Source of the DNA: Candidatus Latescibacterota bacterium
Lineage (GTDB): Bacteria; Latescibacterota; UBA2968; UBA8231
Reading direction: 5' to 3'
DNA: 64,000 nucleotides
Assembly (NCBI GenBank): GCA_965204725.1
Contig: OZ242005.1
Span: forward strand, 1,568,001 to 1,632,000
Every line of letters starts with the position of its first letter. The stretch's first letter is position 1. This document shows, in pieces, positions 21,722 through 30,912 of the stretch. The notes below the pieces were generated by a model that saw only the letters and a program-made list of their open reading frames with translations, was not told where the DNA came from and did no database searches. A program made the position numbers and the translations under genes.

Positions 21722-23140
21722 ATGAAAAGTAAAAAACAGAAGTCGGTCTTAATCGCCGATGACCAGCGGGAATTGCGCGATATGTTGGGGGAGAAACTGC
21801 GCAGCTTGGGCAAGGAAGTCATCTCGTTTTCCAACGGCCAGCGGTTGCTCGGGCATTTAGCAGCTAGGCCAACGGATGTCGAGCTTGTGGTGCTCGATTT
21901 GGACTTTGGCGTTGGCCAGCCCAATGGCCTCGAAGTGCTGAAAGAGATCAAAAAGCACTGGGCCGAGTTGCCCGTTATTATTCTCACCGGCAAGGGAAGC
22001 ATTGACTTGGCGGTCGAAGCCGTGCAGGCCGGGGCGGCCGACTTTATCGAGAAGGACTTGTACGTTGAAGACAAGCTCGAAGTGGAAATGGAAAAGGTCG
22101 AGCGGATGCTGGTGGTATTGCGCGAAAATGCCCGTCTCAAGGCCGAGAACGAGGCCCTAGACCGCGATAACACCTTTTATCGGACCCAGCTAGGCCAGCG
22201 CTATCAGATCGTCAGTTCCAGTCCCCTGATTCAGAACCTACTAGAGCAAGTTGAACAGATCGCCTCCATACCGAGGCCGGTGTTGATCCGCGGCGAGCGC
22301 GGCACTGGCAAGGAGTTGATCGCCGCGGCCTTGCACTACGGGAGCAATCGCCGCGCACGGGCCTTTGTCAAGACCAACTGCGCGGCGCTGTCGGATACCC
22401 TACTCGAAAGCGAGCTGTTTGGCCACGAAAAGGGGGCCTTTACGGGCGCGAACCAAATGCGCCACGGTCGCTTTGAAGCGGCCGATGGCGGGACGCTTTT
22501 TCTCGACGAGATCGGCAACACGTCACTGGAATTCCAAAAAAATGTATTGCGCGTCATAGAATACCAAGAATTTGAACGCATCGGCGGGAGCCAGACGATC
22601 CGCGTTGACGTGCGCGTCGTGGCAGCGACCAACGCGGATCTGGAGGGGGAAATAGCCAGCGGGCAATTCCGCGCCGACCTCTACGACCGCCTGCGGTTTA
22701 GCGTCCTCCAACTGCCCCCCTTGCGGGAGCGGCCCGAGGACATCCGGCCCTTGGTGGCGTACTTTACTCAGCAGCTATGCGACGAAGTTCCGGCGATTGA
22801 ACGACGCTCGTTCGCCAAAGACGTTTTGGCCAAGCTAGAGACCTACGCTTGGCCGGGGAATGTGCGCGAGCTCAAATTCGCGGTCGAGCGCGCCCTCTGC
22901 GTGGCGCAAGGGAGCGAAGTGGTCGTGGAGGACTTGCCCCCGGAAGTGCGCGGCGGCCGGGGCGTCGTCCTTTCTGAAGGAGGCCGTTTCGACGAGCAAG
23001 TCGCGCACGTTGAGCGAGGATTGCTCGATGGCGCACTGGCGCAGGCGGGCGGGCGGCAGAAAGACGCGGCCCAGCAATTGGGCTTGACCTACGACCGCTT
23101 TCGGCACTTGCTCCGCAAATACCAAATCACGACCAAATGA
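21722..23140 (+). CDS. Sigma54-dependent response regulator: receiver + PspF-clade AAA+ + HTH
   Basis: ADD / VVLD / ILT / IEK receiver residues; GERGTGKE, GAFTGA, LRVIEY, RADLYDRL, LGLTYDRFRHLLRKYQI resemble PspF. Confidence 0.92.
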   Translation: MKSKKQKSVLIADDQRELRDMLGEKLRSLGKEVISFSNGQRLLGHLAARPTDVELVVLDLDFGVGQPNGLEVLKEIKKHWAELPVIILTGKGSIDLAVEAVQAGAADFIEKDLYVEDKLEVEMEKVERMLVVLRENARLKAENEALDRDNTFYRTQLGQRYQIVSSSPLIQNLLEQVEQIASIPRPVLIRGERGTGKELIAAALHYGSNRRARAFVKTNCAALSDTLLESELFGHEKGAFTGANQMRHGRFEAADGGTLFLDEIGNTSLEFQKNVLRVIEYQEFERIGGSQTIRVDVRVVAATNADLEGEIASGQFRADLYDRLRFSVLQLPPLRERPEDIRPLVAYFTQQLCDEVPAIERRSFAKDVLAKLETYAWPGNVRELKFAVERALCVAQGSEVVVEDLPPEVRGGRGVVLSEGGRFDEQVAHVERGLLDGALAQAGGRQKDAAQQLGLTYDRFRHLLRKYQITTK

Positions 23141-23168
23141 CCTGCCGCGTCCTCTGGGCCGAGCCTTA

Positions 23169-23196
23169 TTGACAGTGGGAACGCGCCGGGTATATT
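23169..23196 (+). promoter_or_regulatory. Sigma70-type promoter
   Basis: TTGACA-16 bp-TATATT upstream of 23233. Confidence 0.6.
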
Positions 23197-23232
23197 AACC
23201 GCAGGCGCAGGCTCCCACCCGGGCGAGAGGGC

Positions 23233-23556
23233 ATGGAAAAAGTTTACAAAGTCGAAACCACACTTTCTCACAGCTTGGCCGAACTCTATGCTAGCCTCGA
23301 AGAAGAGTTCGCCAAGAAGAGCAGCATCCCCCTCTCGGACATGAACCGCACGTTGTTGCAAACGGGCTTAATCCACCATCTGACGATGATGAGCGGGTTG
23401 GGGCTGATCGAGCCGGAGAAGGCCGCTAGGCTGCATGCGTTGATCGACCAAGTAGCCAAGGATACCATACTCTATGACCTCTTGCAGATGGTGCGGACCT
23501 ACTGGCGGGATTGCGGTTCGGGTGGTCCGGGCGGCTCCGGCGGCCTCAACGCTTGA
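23233..23556 (+). CDS. Hypothetical protein (107 aa)
   Basis: ATG with GAGAGG SD, own promoter, protein-like composition. Confidence 0.7.
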   Translation: MEKVYKVETTLSHSLAELYASLEEEFAKKSSIPLSDMNRTLLQTGLIHHLTMMSGLGLIEPEKAARLHALIDQVAKDTILYDLLQMVRTYWRDCGSGGPGGSGGLNA

Positions 23557-23606
23557 TGTGATACTTATAACTCGTTGTACAGATTGTAGTTCAGGGGGAT
23601 ATGCGG

Positions 23607-23635
23607 TTGACAACCCTTGGGGCCACAAGTATTAT
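23607..23635 (+). promoter_or_regulatory. Sigma70-type promoter
   Basis: TTGACA-17 bp-TATTAT upstream of the IscU-like gene. Confidence 0.7.
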
Positions 23636-23680
23636 ACAAACCACTTTTCAGCCCTCTTTAATAGCTGTTGAAGCGAGCAG

Positions 23681-24058
23681 ATGACCTCCTTGAGCGGAGC
23701 GGTTTTCGACCACTACCGGCATCCCCGCAACGCGGGGCAAATCGACGATGCCAATGCCTCGGGGTACGCGGACAATCCGGCCTGCGGCGATGCGATGCAA
23801 CTCTTTGCGCGCGTCGAAGACGGCCGCATCGTCCGCGCTAGCTGCAAGACCTTTGGCTGCGCGCCTGCGGTCGCGGCAGGCTCCGTGCTCACCGAGTTGC
23901 TGGCCGATTTGCTCTTGGCGGACGCAGCCCAGCTAGGACCGGCAGCTATTGAGGAGGCCCTAGGGGGGCTGCCGCCCATGAAGCGCCATGCCGCCCAACT
24001 GGCCGCTGACGCGACTCAGGCCCTAGTGAAAAACTACGAGGCCAGTACGGCCTCCTAA
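23681..24058 (+). CDS. IscU/NifU-N-like Fe-S scaffold protein (third Cys absent)
   Basis: [31 protein letters not shown] (family usually K.HC). Confidence 0.85.
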   Translation: MTSLSGAVFDHYRHPRNAGQIDDANASGYADNPACGDAMQLFARVEDGRIVRASCKTFGCAPAVAAGSVLTELLADLLLADAAQLGPAAIEEALGGLPPMKRHAAQLAADATQALVKNYEASTAS

Positions 24059-24104
24059 CGCATTCTCGCCTTGCGTTTTAACCTCAAGCCGAAAGGATTG
24101 CACC

Positions 24105-24725
24105 ATGGCTCACTCTCTTCCCGATCTCCCCTATGCCTATGACGCGCTGGAGCCCGTCATCGACGCCCGCACCATGGAGATTCACCACACCAAGCATCAC
24201 AATACCTATGTGACTAGCCTCAATGCCGCGCTCGAAGGGCACGACGACTTGGCCGCCAAAAGCGTCGAAGACCTCATCAGCGATCTCGACGCCGTCCCCG
24301 AGGGCATCCGCACGGCGGTTCGCAACCACGGCGGCGGTCATGCCAACCACAGCCTCTTTTGGCAGGTCATGGCCCCAGCAGGGGAGCGCGGCGAGCCTTC
24401 GGCCGAATTCGTCGCCGCGGTCGAAGCCGCATTCGGCAGCGAGGACGAAGGCCACCAAACCTTCGTGCAAGCCGCAACCACTCGGTTCGGCAGCGGCTGG
24501 GCGTGGCTCGTGGTCAAGGATGGCAAGCTAGACATCCTCAGCACCGCTAATCAGGACAATCCTCTAATGACCGGCGATGGCGTTCCCATCCTCGGCCTTG
24601 ATGTCTGGGAACACGCCTATTATCTCAACTATCAAAACCGCCGGCCCGACTACATCGCAGCTTGGAGCGACATCATCAACTGGGCCGAAGTCAATCGCCG
24701 CTTTGCCGCGGCGACGGGGAGTTAG
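24105..24725 (+). CDS. sodA: Superoxide dismutase, Mn-type
   Basis: [16 protein letters not shown] (Mn-type Gly motif), [11 protein letters not shown]. Confidence 0.95.
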   Translation: MAHSLPDLPYAYDALEPVIDARTMEIHHTKHHNTYVTSLNAALEGHDDLAAKSVEDLISDLDAVPEGIRTAVRNHGGGHANHSLFWQVMAPAGERGEPSAEFVAAVEAAFGSEDEGHQTFVQAATTRFGSGWAWLVVKDGKLDILSTANQDNPLMTGDGVPILGLDVWEHAYYLNYQNRRPDYIAAWSDIINWAEVNRRFAAATGS

Positions 24726-24728
24726 CAG

Positions 24729-25196
24729 ATGGCGATCCAAGTAGGAGACCAAGCGCCGGCATTCACGCTCAAGAATGCGGCTATGGAGGACGTCAGTCTC
24801 GAGGATTTTGGCGGCCAAAACGTCCTCCTGCTCTTTGTGCCGTTGGCCTTTACAGGCGTCTGCACCGAGGAGGTCTGTCAGATGTCCGCCGAAGTGAATG
24901 TCTATGCGGAGCTCGGGGCTCGCGTCATGGCGATCAGCGTCGATAGTCCGTTCAGCCTCAAGGCATGGGCCGAGAAGGAGGGCATTGCGATTCCGCTGCT
25001 CAGCGATTTCAACAAGGAGGTATCGGCCGCCTATGGTGCCCAATTTGACGATCTGCTAGGGTTCAAACGCGTGGCTAAACGCTCGGCCTTCGTCGTTGAT
25101 GGCCGAGGCATCGTGCGCTACGCTTGGGTGTCCGACGATCCCAAGGTCCTGCCGGACTTTGCGGCGATTAAGGCGTGTTTGCAATCGCTCAACTGA
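24729..25196 (+). CDS. Peroxiredoxin (AhpE/BCP-like)
   Basis: PLAFTGVC PxxxTxxC peroxidatic motif, ISVDS, LLSD, KRSAFVVD. Confidence 0.92.
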   Translation: MAIQVGDQAPAFTLKNAAMEDVSLEDFGGQNVLLLFVPLAFTGVCTEEVCQMSAEVNVYAELGARVMAISVDSPFSLKAWAEKEGIAIPLLSDFNKEVSAAYGAQFDDLLGFKRVAKRSAFVVDGRGIVRYAWVSDDPKVLPDFAAIKACLQSLN

Positions 25197-25289
25197 AGCA
25201 CTTCGTTTTCTCGAGTAGAGTGGGCAAGGCACACCGAGCTTTGCCCCTCTTTTATCTATCGCGATAGCGCTGGCAAAGGAAAGCGCACA

Positions 25290-25910
25290 ATGGAAGATGC
25301 GACGAAAGGGCCGCTTAGCGAGCGAGATGCCCCAAGCTGGCTCCGGGGCCAAAACAAGGCCAAGGCCGCCGAAATAGCCGGCCACTTCGCCCAGATCATG
25401 CAGGTTTTGGGGCTCGATTTAAGCGACCCGCACTTGCGGGGTACGCCGGACCGCGTCGGGCGGATGTACATGGAGATATTTCGCGAGTTGGGCGATCAGG
25501 GCGAACCGGCGATTACCTGCTTTCCCAATAGCGATAGCTACGGCAACATGGTGCTCGTCAAGGACATCGAGTTTTTTTCGGTTTGTTCCCACCATCTGAT
25601 CCCGTTCTTCGGCAAGGCGCACGTCGCCTACATCCCTGGGGACGCGATCGTCGGCTTGAGTAAGATCGTGCGCATCGTCGAATTCTACGCCCGTCGGCCC
25701 CAACTGCAAGAGCGTCTCACCAAGCAAATTGTGGACTTCCTCGAAGCCAAGTTGGCCCCCAAAGGATCCATCGTCGTCTTGGAAGCCCGGCATCTGTGCA
25801 TGGAGATGCGGGGGGTGGAAAGGCCCGGAGCGGTGACGACCACTTCGGCGCTTAGGGGCCGTTTTACCGAGCCGGTAGTGCGCGAGGAATTTTTTAATTT
25901 AATCAAATAA
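25290..25910 (+). CDS. folE: GTP cyclohydrolase I
   Basis: TPDRV, CSHHLIPF, GLSK, RPQLQERLT, HLCMEMRGV. Confidence 0.96.
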   Translation: MEDATKGPLSERDAPSWLRGQNKAKAAEIAGHFAQIMQVLGLDLSDPHLRGTPDRVGRMYMEIFRELGDQGEPAITCFPNSDSYGNMVLVKDIEFFSVCSHHLIPFFGKAHVAYIPGDAIVGLSKIVRIVEFYARRPQLQERLTKQIVDFLEAKLAPKGSIVVLEARHLCMEMRGVERPGAVTTTSALRGRFTEPVVREEFFNLIK

Positions 25911-25936
25911 ATAAAATTGAAGCAGCACGGGAGAAC

Positions 25937-27292
25937 ATGTCTGAGATCCAAGAGCAGGTGCTGACGGCACCTGCCAGCGCGATACCCGATACCTCGCACC
26001 GGGACCTGCGCGACGACGAGTATTGGCGCGCCATTCCCGCCTATGCCGATTTGCGTGCAGATGAGTTCCACGAGCACCGCTTTCAGAGCCGCAATAGCGT
26101 GACGAGCCTGAAGAAGCTGCGGGAGGTTATCGGCGGCCTCGTTTCAGAGGCGTTTTATCGAGATGTCGAGCAAGGGCTTTTGCGCTCGCCGATGAGCCTG
26201 CGGATTTCCCCGTACCTACTGAGCTTAATCGACTGGTCGGACCCAGCCGAAGATCCGCTGCGCATTCAGTTTTTGCCCATGGGGTCGCGGATGCGGCCCG
26301 ATCACCCAGAACTCGCCCTAGATTCGCTGCACGAGCAAGTGGATTCCCCCGTGCCGGGCTTGACGCATCGCTACGCCGACCGGGCCCTGTTTCTGGCGCT
26401 CGACACCTGTCCGGTGTACTGTCGCTTCTGCACGCGATCCTATGCGGTGGGGTTGGATACCGAGGATGTGGAGAAAGTGCATTTTGGGGCCGTCGTCCAG
26501 CGGTGGGAGCAGGTCTTTGCCTACATCGCCTCGCGGCCCGAGTTGGAAGACATCGTCATCAGCGGCGGCGACGTGGCCAACCTCAAGGCGGAACACCTCG
26601 AATACATCGGCACTCGCTTGCTCGGCATTGAGCACGTGCGGCGGATGCGCTACGCGACAAAAGCACCGGCGATTATGCCGCAGAAACTCATCACCGATCG
26701 CGAGTGGGTTGATGCCCTTGCGCGGGTTGTCGCAGCGGGACGCCAGGTCCACAAGGAAGTCGCGCTGCACACGCATTTCAACCACCCGGACGAAATCACC
26801 GCCATTAGCGGCCGCGCACTCGACGAATTGATGGAGCGCGGGATCTGCGTGCGCAACCAAACCGTCTTACAAAGAGGGGTCAACGACGACGTCGATACCA
26901 TGCAGCAGCTCGTGCGGCGGCTCAGCTATCTCAACGTGCATCCGTATTACACCTTTGTCCACGATATGGTGCGCGGGGTTGAGGAGTTGCGCACGACCTT
27001 GGCCGCGGCGATTGCCCTAGAGAAGGCGGTTCGAGGGCGGACCGCCGGGTTTAATACGCCGGCCTTTGTGCTCGACACCATGGGGGGCGGCGGAAAGCGC
27101 GATGTCCACTCCTACGAACACTACGATCGCCAGACGGGCATCGCCGTATTTACCAGCCCAGCCGTGCGGCCCGGTGAATTCTTCTTTTACTTTGATCCCC
27201 TAGATGCGCTCGACCCGCTAATCGTCCAGCGCTGGAGCGATCCGGCCGAGCGCACAGCCATGCGACAAGCGGCGCTAGAGGCCAGCCTCTAG
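25937..27292 (+). CDS. KamA-family radical SAM 2,3-aminomutase
   Basis: HRY, CPVYCRFCTR, ISGGD, THFNHP, NQTVLQRGVND, GGGGK PLP lysine. Confidence 0.9.
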   Translation: MSEIQEQVLTAPASAIPDTSHRDLRDDEYWRAIPAYADLRADEFHEHRFQSRNSVTSLKKLREVIGGLVSEAFYRDVEQGLLRSPMSLRISPYLLSLIDWSDPAEDPLRIQFLPMGSRMRPDHPELALDSLHEQVDSPVPGLTHRYADRALFLALDTCPVYCRFCTRSYAVGLDTEDVEKVHFGAVVQRWEQVFAYIASRPELEDIVISGGDVANLKAEHLEYIGTRLLGIEHVRRMRYATKAPAIMPQKLITDREWVDALARVVAAGRQVHKEVALHTHFNHPDEITAISGRALDELMERGICVRNQTVLQRGVNDDVDTMQQLVRRLSYLNVHPYYTFVHDMVRGVEELRTTLAAAIALEKAVRGRTAGFNTPAFVLDTMGGGGKRDVHSYEHYDRQTGIAVFTSPAVRPGEFFFYFDPLDALDPLIVQRWSDPAERTAMRQAALEASL

Positions 27293-27384
27293 CGTAGCGA
27301 GTGGAGGCCGCAAGCGCTGATTTGCCCTATCTATCTATTAGCAGCTAGCAGCAATTAACCGCAAGACGATCAAGGCGTACAGCA

Positions 27385-29019
27385 ATGGAATATCCAGATA
27401 TGATCCAAGCATTAGTGGGCTTGGGCCTGCTCGCTTTGGGCGGCGGTCTGGGTTTTCTGCTGAGTTATCAATTAAAAAAGGGCGTCCTGCCCCAAGTAGA
27501 GCGAGAGGCAGAAGACCGAGTGCGGCAGCAGTTGGCCGAAGAAGGGCGGACGGTGCGGCTGAGCTTGCTCGAGGAGCGAGACGAGTGGTATAAAACCAAA
27601 GCCCGCCAAGAGGCCGAGTTGGAAGATCAGTTGGCCGATCTAAACCGCCGCGATAAGAGCTTGGCCCAGCTCGTGCGCGACCTCAATAGCCAGAAAGAGG
27701 AGCAGACCCGGGCGTGGAACCGCCTCAAAAACCAAGAGCGGCGGATTGGCCAGCGCGAGCAGACCTGCAAAAAAGAAGAAGAGGAATTGGACCAGATGCG
27801 CGCCGAGTACCAACAACGTCTAGAGTTGGCCAGTGGCTTGCCGGCAGACGAGGCGCGCGAACAGATGATGGAGCATCTGGCCAGCGAGGTCCGCGGGCGG
27901 GCCGCGGCCATGATCCGCAGCGAGCGCACCAAGGCCAAGGAAGAGTCGGACCGAGAAGCCAAAAAAATCATTGCCCAAGCCATTCAACGCTGCGCTGTTG
28001 AAGAGACCGTCCACTTGGTCACCTCGACCGTGCCCTTGCCCAACGAGGGAATCAAAAGCCGCATCATTGGCAAGGAAGGGCGCAATGTGCGCGCATTTGA
28101 GACGGCGACCGGCGTCAAAGTTGTGGTCGATGATACGCCGGATGCCGTGTTGCTTTCGTCGTACGATCCAGCGAGACGCGAAGTGGCTAGCCGGGCGATG
28201 CATCAGCTAATCGGCGGTGGCGGCTTCACGCCGACCAAGATCGAGGAAGTGGTAGAGGAATGCCGCAAGGACCTACACAAAGACATGGTCGAGGTCGGCA
28301 AGAGTGCGCTCCGCGAGATTAGGGCCAGCCAATATCACCCCGATCTGCCCTATTACGTGGGCATGCTCAAATATCGCGCTAGTTTTGGTCAAAACCTCCT
28401 ACAACACTGCCTAGAAGTCGCCCATTTGTCCGGGGGAATGGCCGCCGAAGTTGGGTTGGATGTGCCGTTGGCCAAGCGGGCCGGCCTCTTGCACGATATT
28501 GGCAAGACCGTCAGCAAGGAGATGGAAGGAGGCCACGTCGAATTGGGCATTCAGTTGGGCGAGCGATTCGACGAGCACCCAATCGTCAGGGAAGTCATCG
28601 CCGAGCACCACGAGGATGACGAGCGCCTTTCGCCGATCTGCTTCTTGGTTAAGGCGGCCGATACCATATCGTCCATTCGGCCTGGGGGGCGACGCGAAGA
28701 CTTTGAGGGCTATACCCGCCGCATCACGCGCTTAGAAGAAATCGCGACCGCGTTTGCCGGCGTCAAAGACGTGTACGCTATCAACGCCGGCCGCGAAATC
28801 CGCGTCATGGTCTGCGGCGAGCAGATCGGCGATGAAGACGCTGAGATGCTCGCGTTCGACATAGCCAAGCGCGTCAAAACCGAATTGACCTTTGCCGGCC
28901 AAGTCAAGGTCGTGGTCATGCGCCAGACGCAGATCGTGCGCCATACCGAGCGGAGCCGCGGCGACGGGCGCAACGGGGGCCGCCGGGGGAGCGACAACGG
29001 CGCAATTCGCCCCAGTTGA
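27385..29019 (+). CDS. rny: Ribonuclease Y
   Basis: N-terminal TM, coiled coil, KH RIIGKEGRN, HD AGLLHDIGK, RPGGR, AGREIRV. Confidence 0.96.
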   Translation: MEYPDMIQALVGLGLLALGGGLGFLLSYQLKKGVLPQVEREAEDRVRQQLAEEGRTVRLSLLEERDEWYKTKARQEAELEDQLADLNRRDKSLAQLVRDLNSQKEEQTRAWNRLKNQERRIGQREQTCKKEEEELDQMRAEYQQRLELASGLPADEAREQMMEHLASEVRGRAAAMIRSERTKAKEESDREAKKIIAQAIQRCAVEETVHLVTSTVPLPNEGIKSRIIGKEGRNVRAFETATGVKVVVDDTPDAVLLSSYDPARREVASRAMHQLIGGGGFTPTKIEEVVEECRKDLHKDMVEVGKSALREIRASQYHPDLPYYVGMLKYRASFGQNLLQHCLEVAHLSGGMAAEVGLDVPLAKRAGLLHDIGKTVSKEMEGGHVELGIQLGERFDEHPIVREVIAEHHEDDERLSPICFLVKAADTISSIRPGGRREDFEGYTRRITRLEEIATAFAGVKDVYAINAGREIRVMVCGEQIGDEDAEMLAFDIAKRVKTELTFAGQVKVVVMRQTQIVRHTERSRGDGRNGGRRGSDNGAIRPS

Positions 29020-29020
29020 A

Positions 29021-30190
29021 ATGGCTGATCAGGACAAAAAAATCGTCGTGCTCGGCTGCACCGGGTCCATTGGCGACACGTGTTTTAAGGTCCTCGAAAA
29101 CTTGGGAGACGGGTACGAGATCGTGGGCTTGGGAGGGGGTTCCAAGGTCGAAAAGCTGATCGGCCTCGCCCGCCGCTGGCAGCCGCAAAAAATTTGCGTC
29201 CTAGACGCCCAGGCCAGAAAACAGGTGCAGAGCGCCGTGCCCCGGGCCGAGGTCGTTTGCGGCGCGGAGGGGTTGTGCGAGTTGGCGACCATGCCGGAGG
29301 CCGGTCTAGTGCTCAATGGGCTCGTCGGGGCCGTCGGCCTCGGTCCGACGCTGGCGGCGTTGGCCCAAGGCAAAATTGTGGCCATGGCCAATAAGGAGCC
29401 CTTGGTCATGGCCGGTGGGCTGATTTTGCAGCAGGCCCAGCGCGGTGGGGGGACCGTGCTGCCGTTGGACAGCGAGCCTAATGCCATTTGGCAATGTCTC
29501 AAGGGCGAAAACCGCAACAGCGTGCAGCGGATCATCCTCACGGCCTCTGGGGGGCCGTTCTTTGGGTGGCACCGCGAGCAGATGCGCGGCATCACCCCAG
29601 AGCAGGCCATCGATCATCCCACTTGGAAAATGGGTCCCAAGATCAGCGTGGATTCGGCAACCCTGATGAACAAGGGCTTTGAAGTCATCGAGGCTACTTG
29701 GCTGTTTGGCGTAGCGGTCGACCAAGTAGAGGTGGTCGTCCACCGCCAGTCGGTCGTGCATGCGCTGGTTGAGTTTGCCGATGGCTCGCTGTTGGCTCAC
29801 CTCGGCAAGACCGATATGATGCTGCCGATTCAATACGCGCTGACCCACCCGCAGCGGCGGCGGGTGCCGCTCGACAACCTCGACCTAGAGCAAGTGGGCC
29901 AACTAAATTTCGCCGCTCCAGACCGAGTGAATTTTCCCGGGCTGGAGCTGTGCTACGAAGCGGGCCGGCGCGGTGGGACCACGCCAGCCGCCCTCAACGC
30001 GGCCAACGAGGAGGCGGTGGGAGCTTTTTTAGCGCGGCACATCGGGTTTCTCGACATCGCCGACCTGAACCGCGACGTGCTCGTACGCTGCGGCGCAGAG
30101 GAGGCGGTTTCCCTCGAATCCATCCTAGATGCCGACCGCTATGCACGGCGGCTGGCTCGCGAGTGGGTCGCTGGGCGGAGTGATATATGA
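29021..30190 (+). CDS. dxr: 1-deoxy-D-xylulose-5-phosphate reductoisomerase
   Basis: LGCTGSIG, ANKE, PLDSE, LTASGGPF, HPTWKMG, DSATLMNKG. Confidence 0.96.
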   Translation: MADQDKKIVVLGCTGSIGDTCFKVLENLGDGYEIVGLGGGSKVEKLIGLARRWQPQKICVLDAQARKQVQSAVPRAEVVCGAEGLCELATMPEAGLVLNGLVGAVGLGPTLAALAQGKIVAMANKEPLVMAGGLILQQAQRGGGTVLPLDSEPNAIWQCLKGENRNSVQRIILTASGGPFFGWHREQMRGITPEQAIDHPTWKMGPKISVDSATLMNKGFEVIEATWLFGVAVDQVEVVVHRQSVVHALVEFADGSLLAHLGKTDMMLPIQYALTHPQRRRVPLDNLDLEQVGQLNFAAPDRVNFPGLELCYEAGRRGGTTPAALNAANEEAVGAFLARHIGFLDIADLNRDVLVRCGAEEAVSLESILDADRYARRLAREWVAGRSDI

Positions 30191-30453
30191 AGGAAGACAC
30201 CTACGCAGCACGGCAAAAAAAACTGGCCCTATGCCAGACGATGAGCCGCATCCACGTCGGGGTCATGCTCGCGGCTTTCGCGCTCATCGTCCTCCTTACC
30301 ACCGTCTCGACCGCAGAGTGGGTGCGGGCGACCGGCAAGGGGCTCTACTACGTCATCGTCTCGCAGGCCCTCGCGTCGGCCGGGACTTGGTTCTACCGCA
30401 CTCGCTTGGAGAAAGCACGAGTCGAGGAAGCTAGCGCGCATGGAGACCATTAA
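30187..30453 (+). CDS. Small two-TM membrane protein
   Basis: Two hydrophobic segments, overlapping dxr stop and queD start. Confidence 0.6.
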   Translation: MKEDTYAARQKKLALCQTMSRIHVGVMLAAFALIVLLTTVSTAEWVRATGKGLYYVIVSQALASAGTWFYRTRLEKARVEEASAHGDH

Positions 30454-30880
30454 GGCCCAAGGCAAATTCCACGCCGCTCATCGGCAGCTAGACTACGACG
30501 GCAAATGCGCCTATGTCCACGGACATACTTGGCGCGGCGTGTTCGTCGTCCGCGCCGAGCGCTTTCCGCGGCTCGCAAAATTGGACATGGCCGTTGACTT
30601 CGGCGCGCTCAAGGACATCTTCAAATCCTTGGATCACAAGATGCTAGTTGCCGCTCGGGACGCGACCTTTCTCGACGCCGAGCTCTTTGACCCGCAGGGG
30701 GTCGTGGTCATGCCGGGCGAAAACCCGAGTGTGGAAAACGTGGCTGAGTACTGCCTCGACCAAGCGGTTGAGGTATTGCAGGGGCTGTTTCCGCGCCGGG
30801 GCTATCAGTACCACATCGAGGTTTCCATCCAAGAGACCGACAACAATTTCTTTGTTGCCGAGCGCTTTCTGCGTTGCTGA
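30440..30880 (+). CDS. queD: 6-carboxytetrahydropterin / 6-pyruvoyl-tetrahydropterin synthase
   Basis: FHAAH, CAYVHGH, VDFG, LDH, PSVEN, ET motifs. Confidence 0.85.
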   Translation: METIKAQGKFHAAHRQLDYDGKCAYVHGHTWRGVFVVRAERFPRLAKLDMAVDFGALKDIFKSLDHKMLVAARDATFLDAELFDPQGVVVMPGENPSVENVAEYCLDQAVEVLQGLFPRRGYQYHIEVSIQETDNNFFVAERFLRC

Positions 30881-30912
30881 GCGCTTTTCTCTCTTCCCAA
30901 CCGGATGGGAAA

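Noticed and set aside
27293-27384. 6S RNA expected upstream of rny
   Set aside because: Gap is only about 90 bp with no long rod-like complementarity.
28892-29020. N-terminal extensions in the ORF track (dxr, nth, ftsH, MFS, GT39 and others)
   Set aside because: They overlap upstream genes, promoters or repeats; downstream starts fit SD and family N-termini better.
25290-30880. folE plus queD as a 7-deazaguanine DNA-modification (dpd) or queuosine island
   Set aside because: No queC, queE, queF, tgt or dpdA in the window; the genes are separated by housekeeping rny and dxr.
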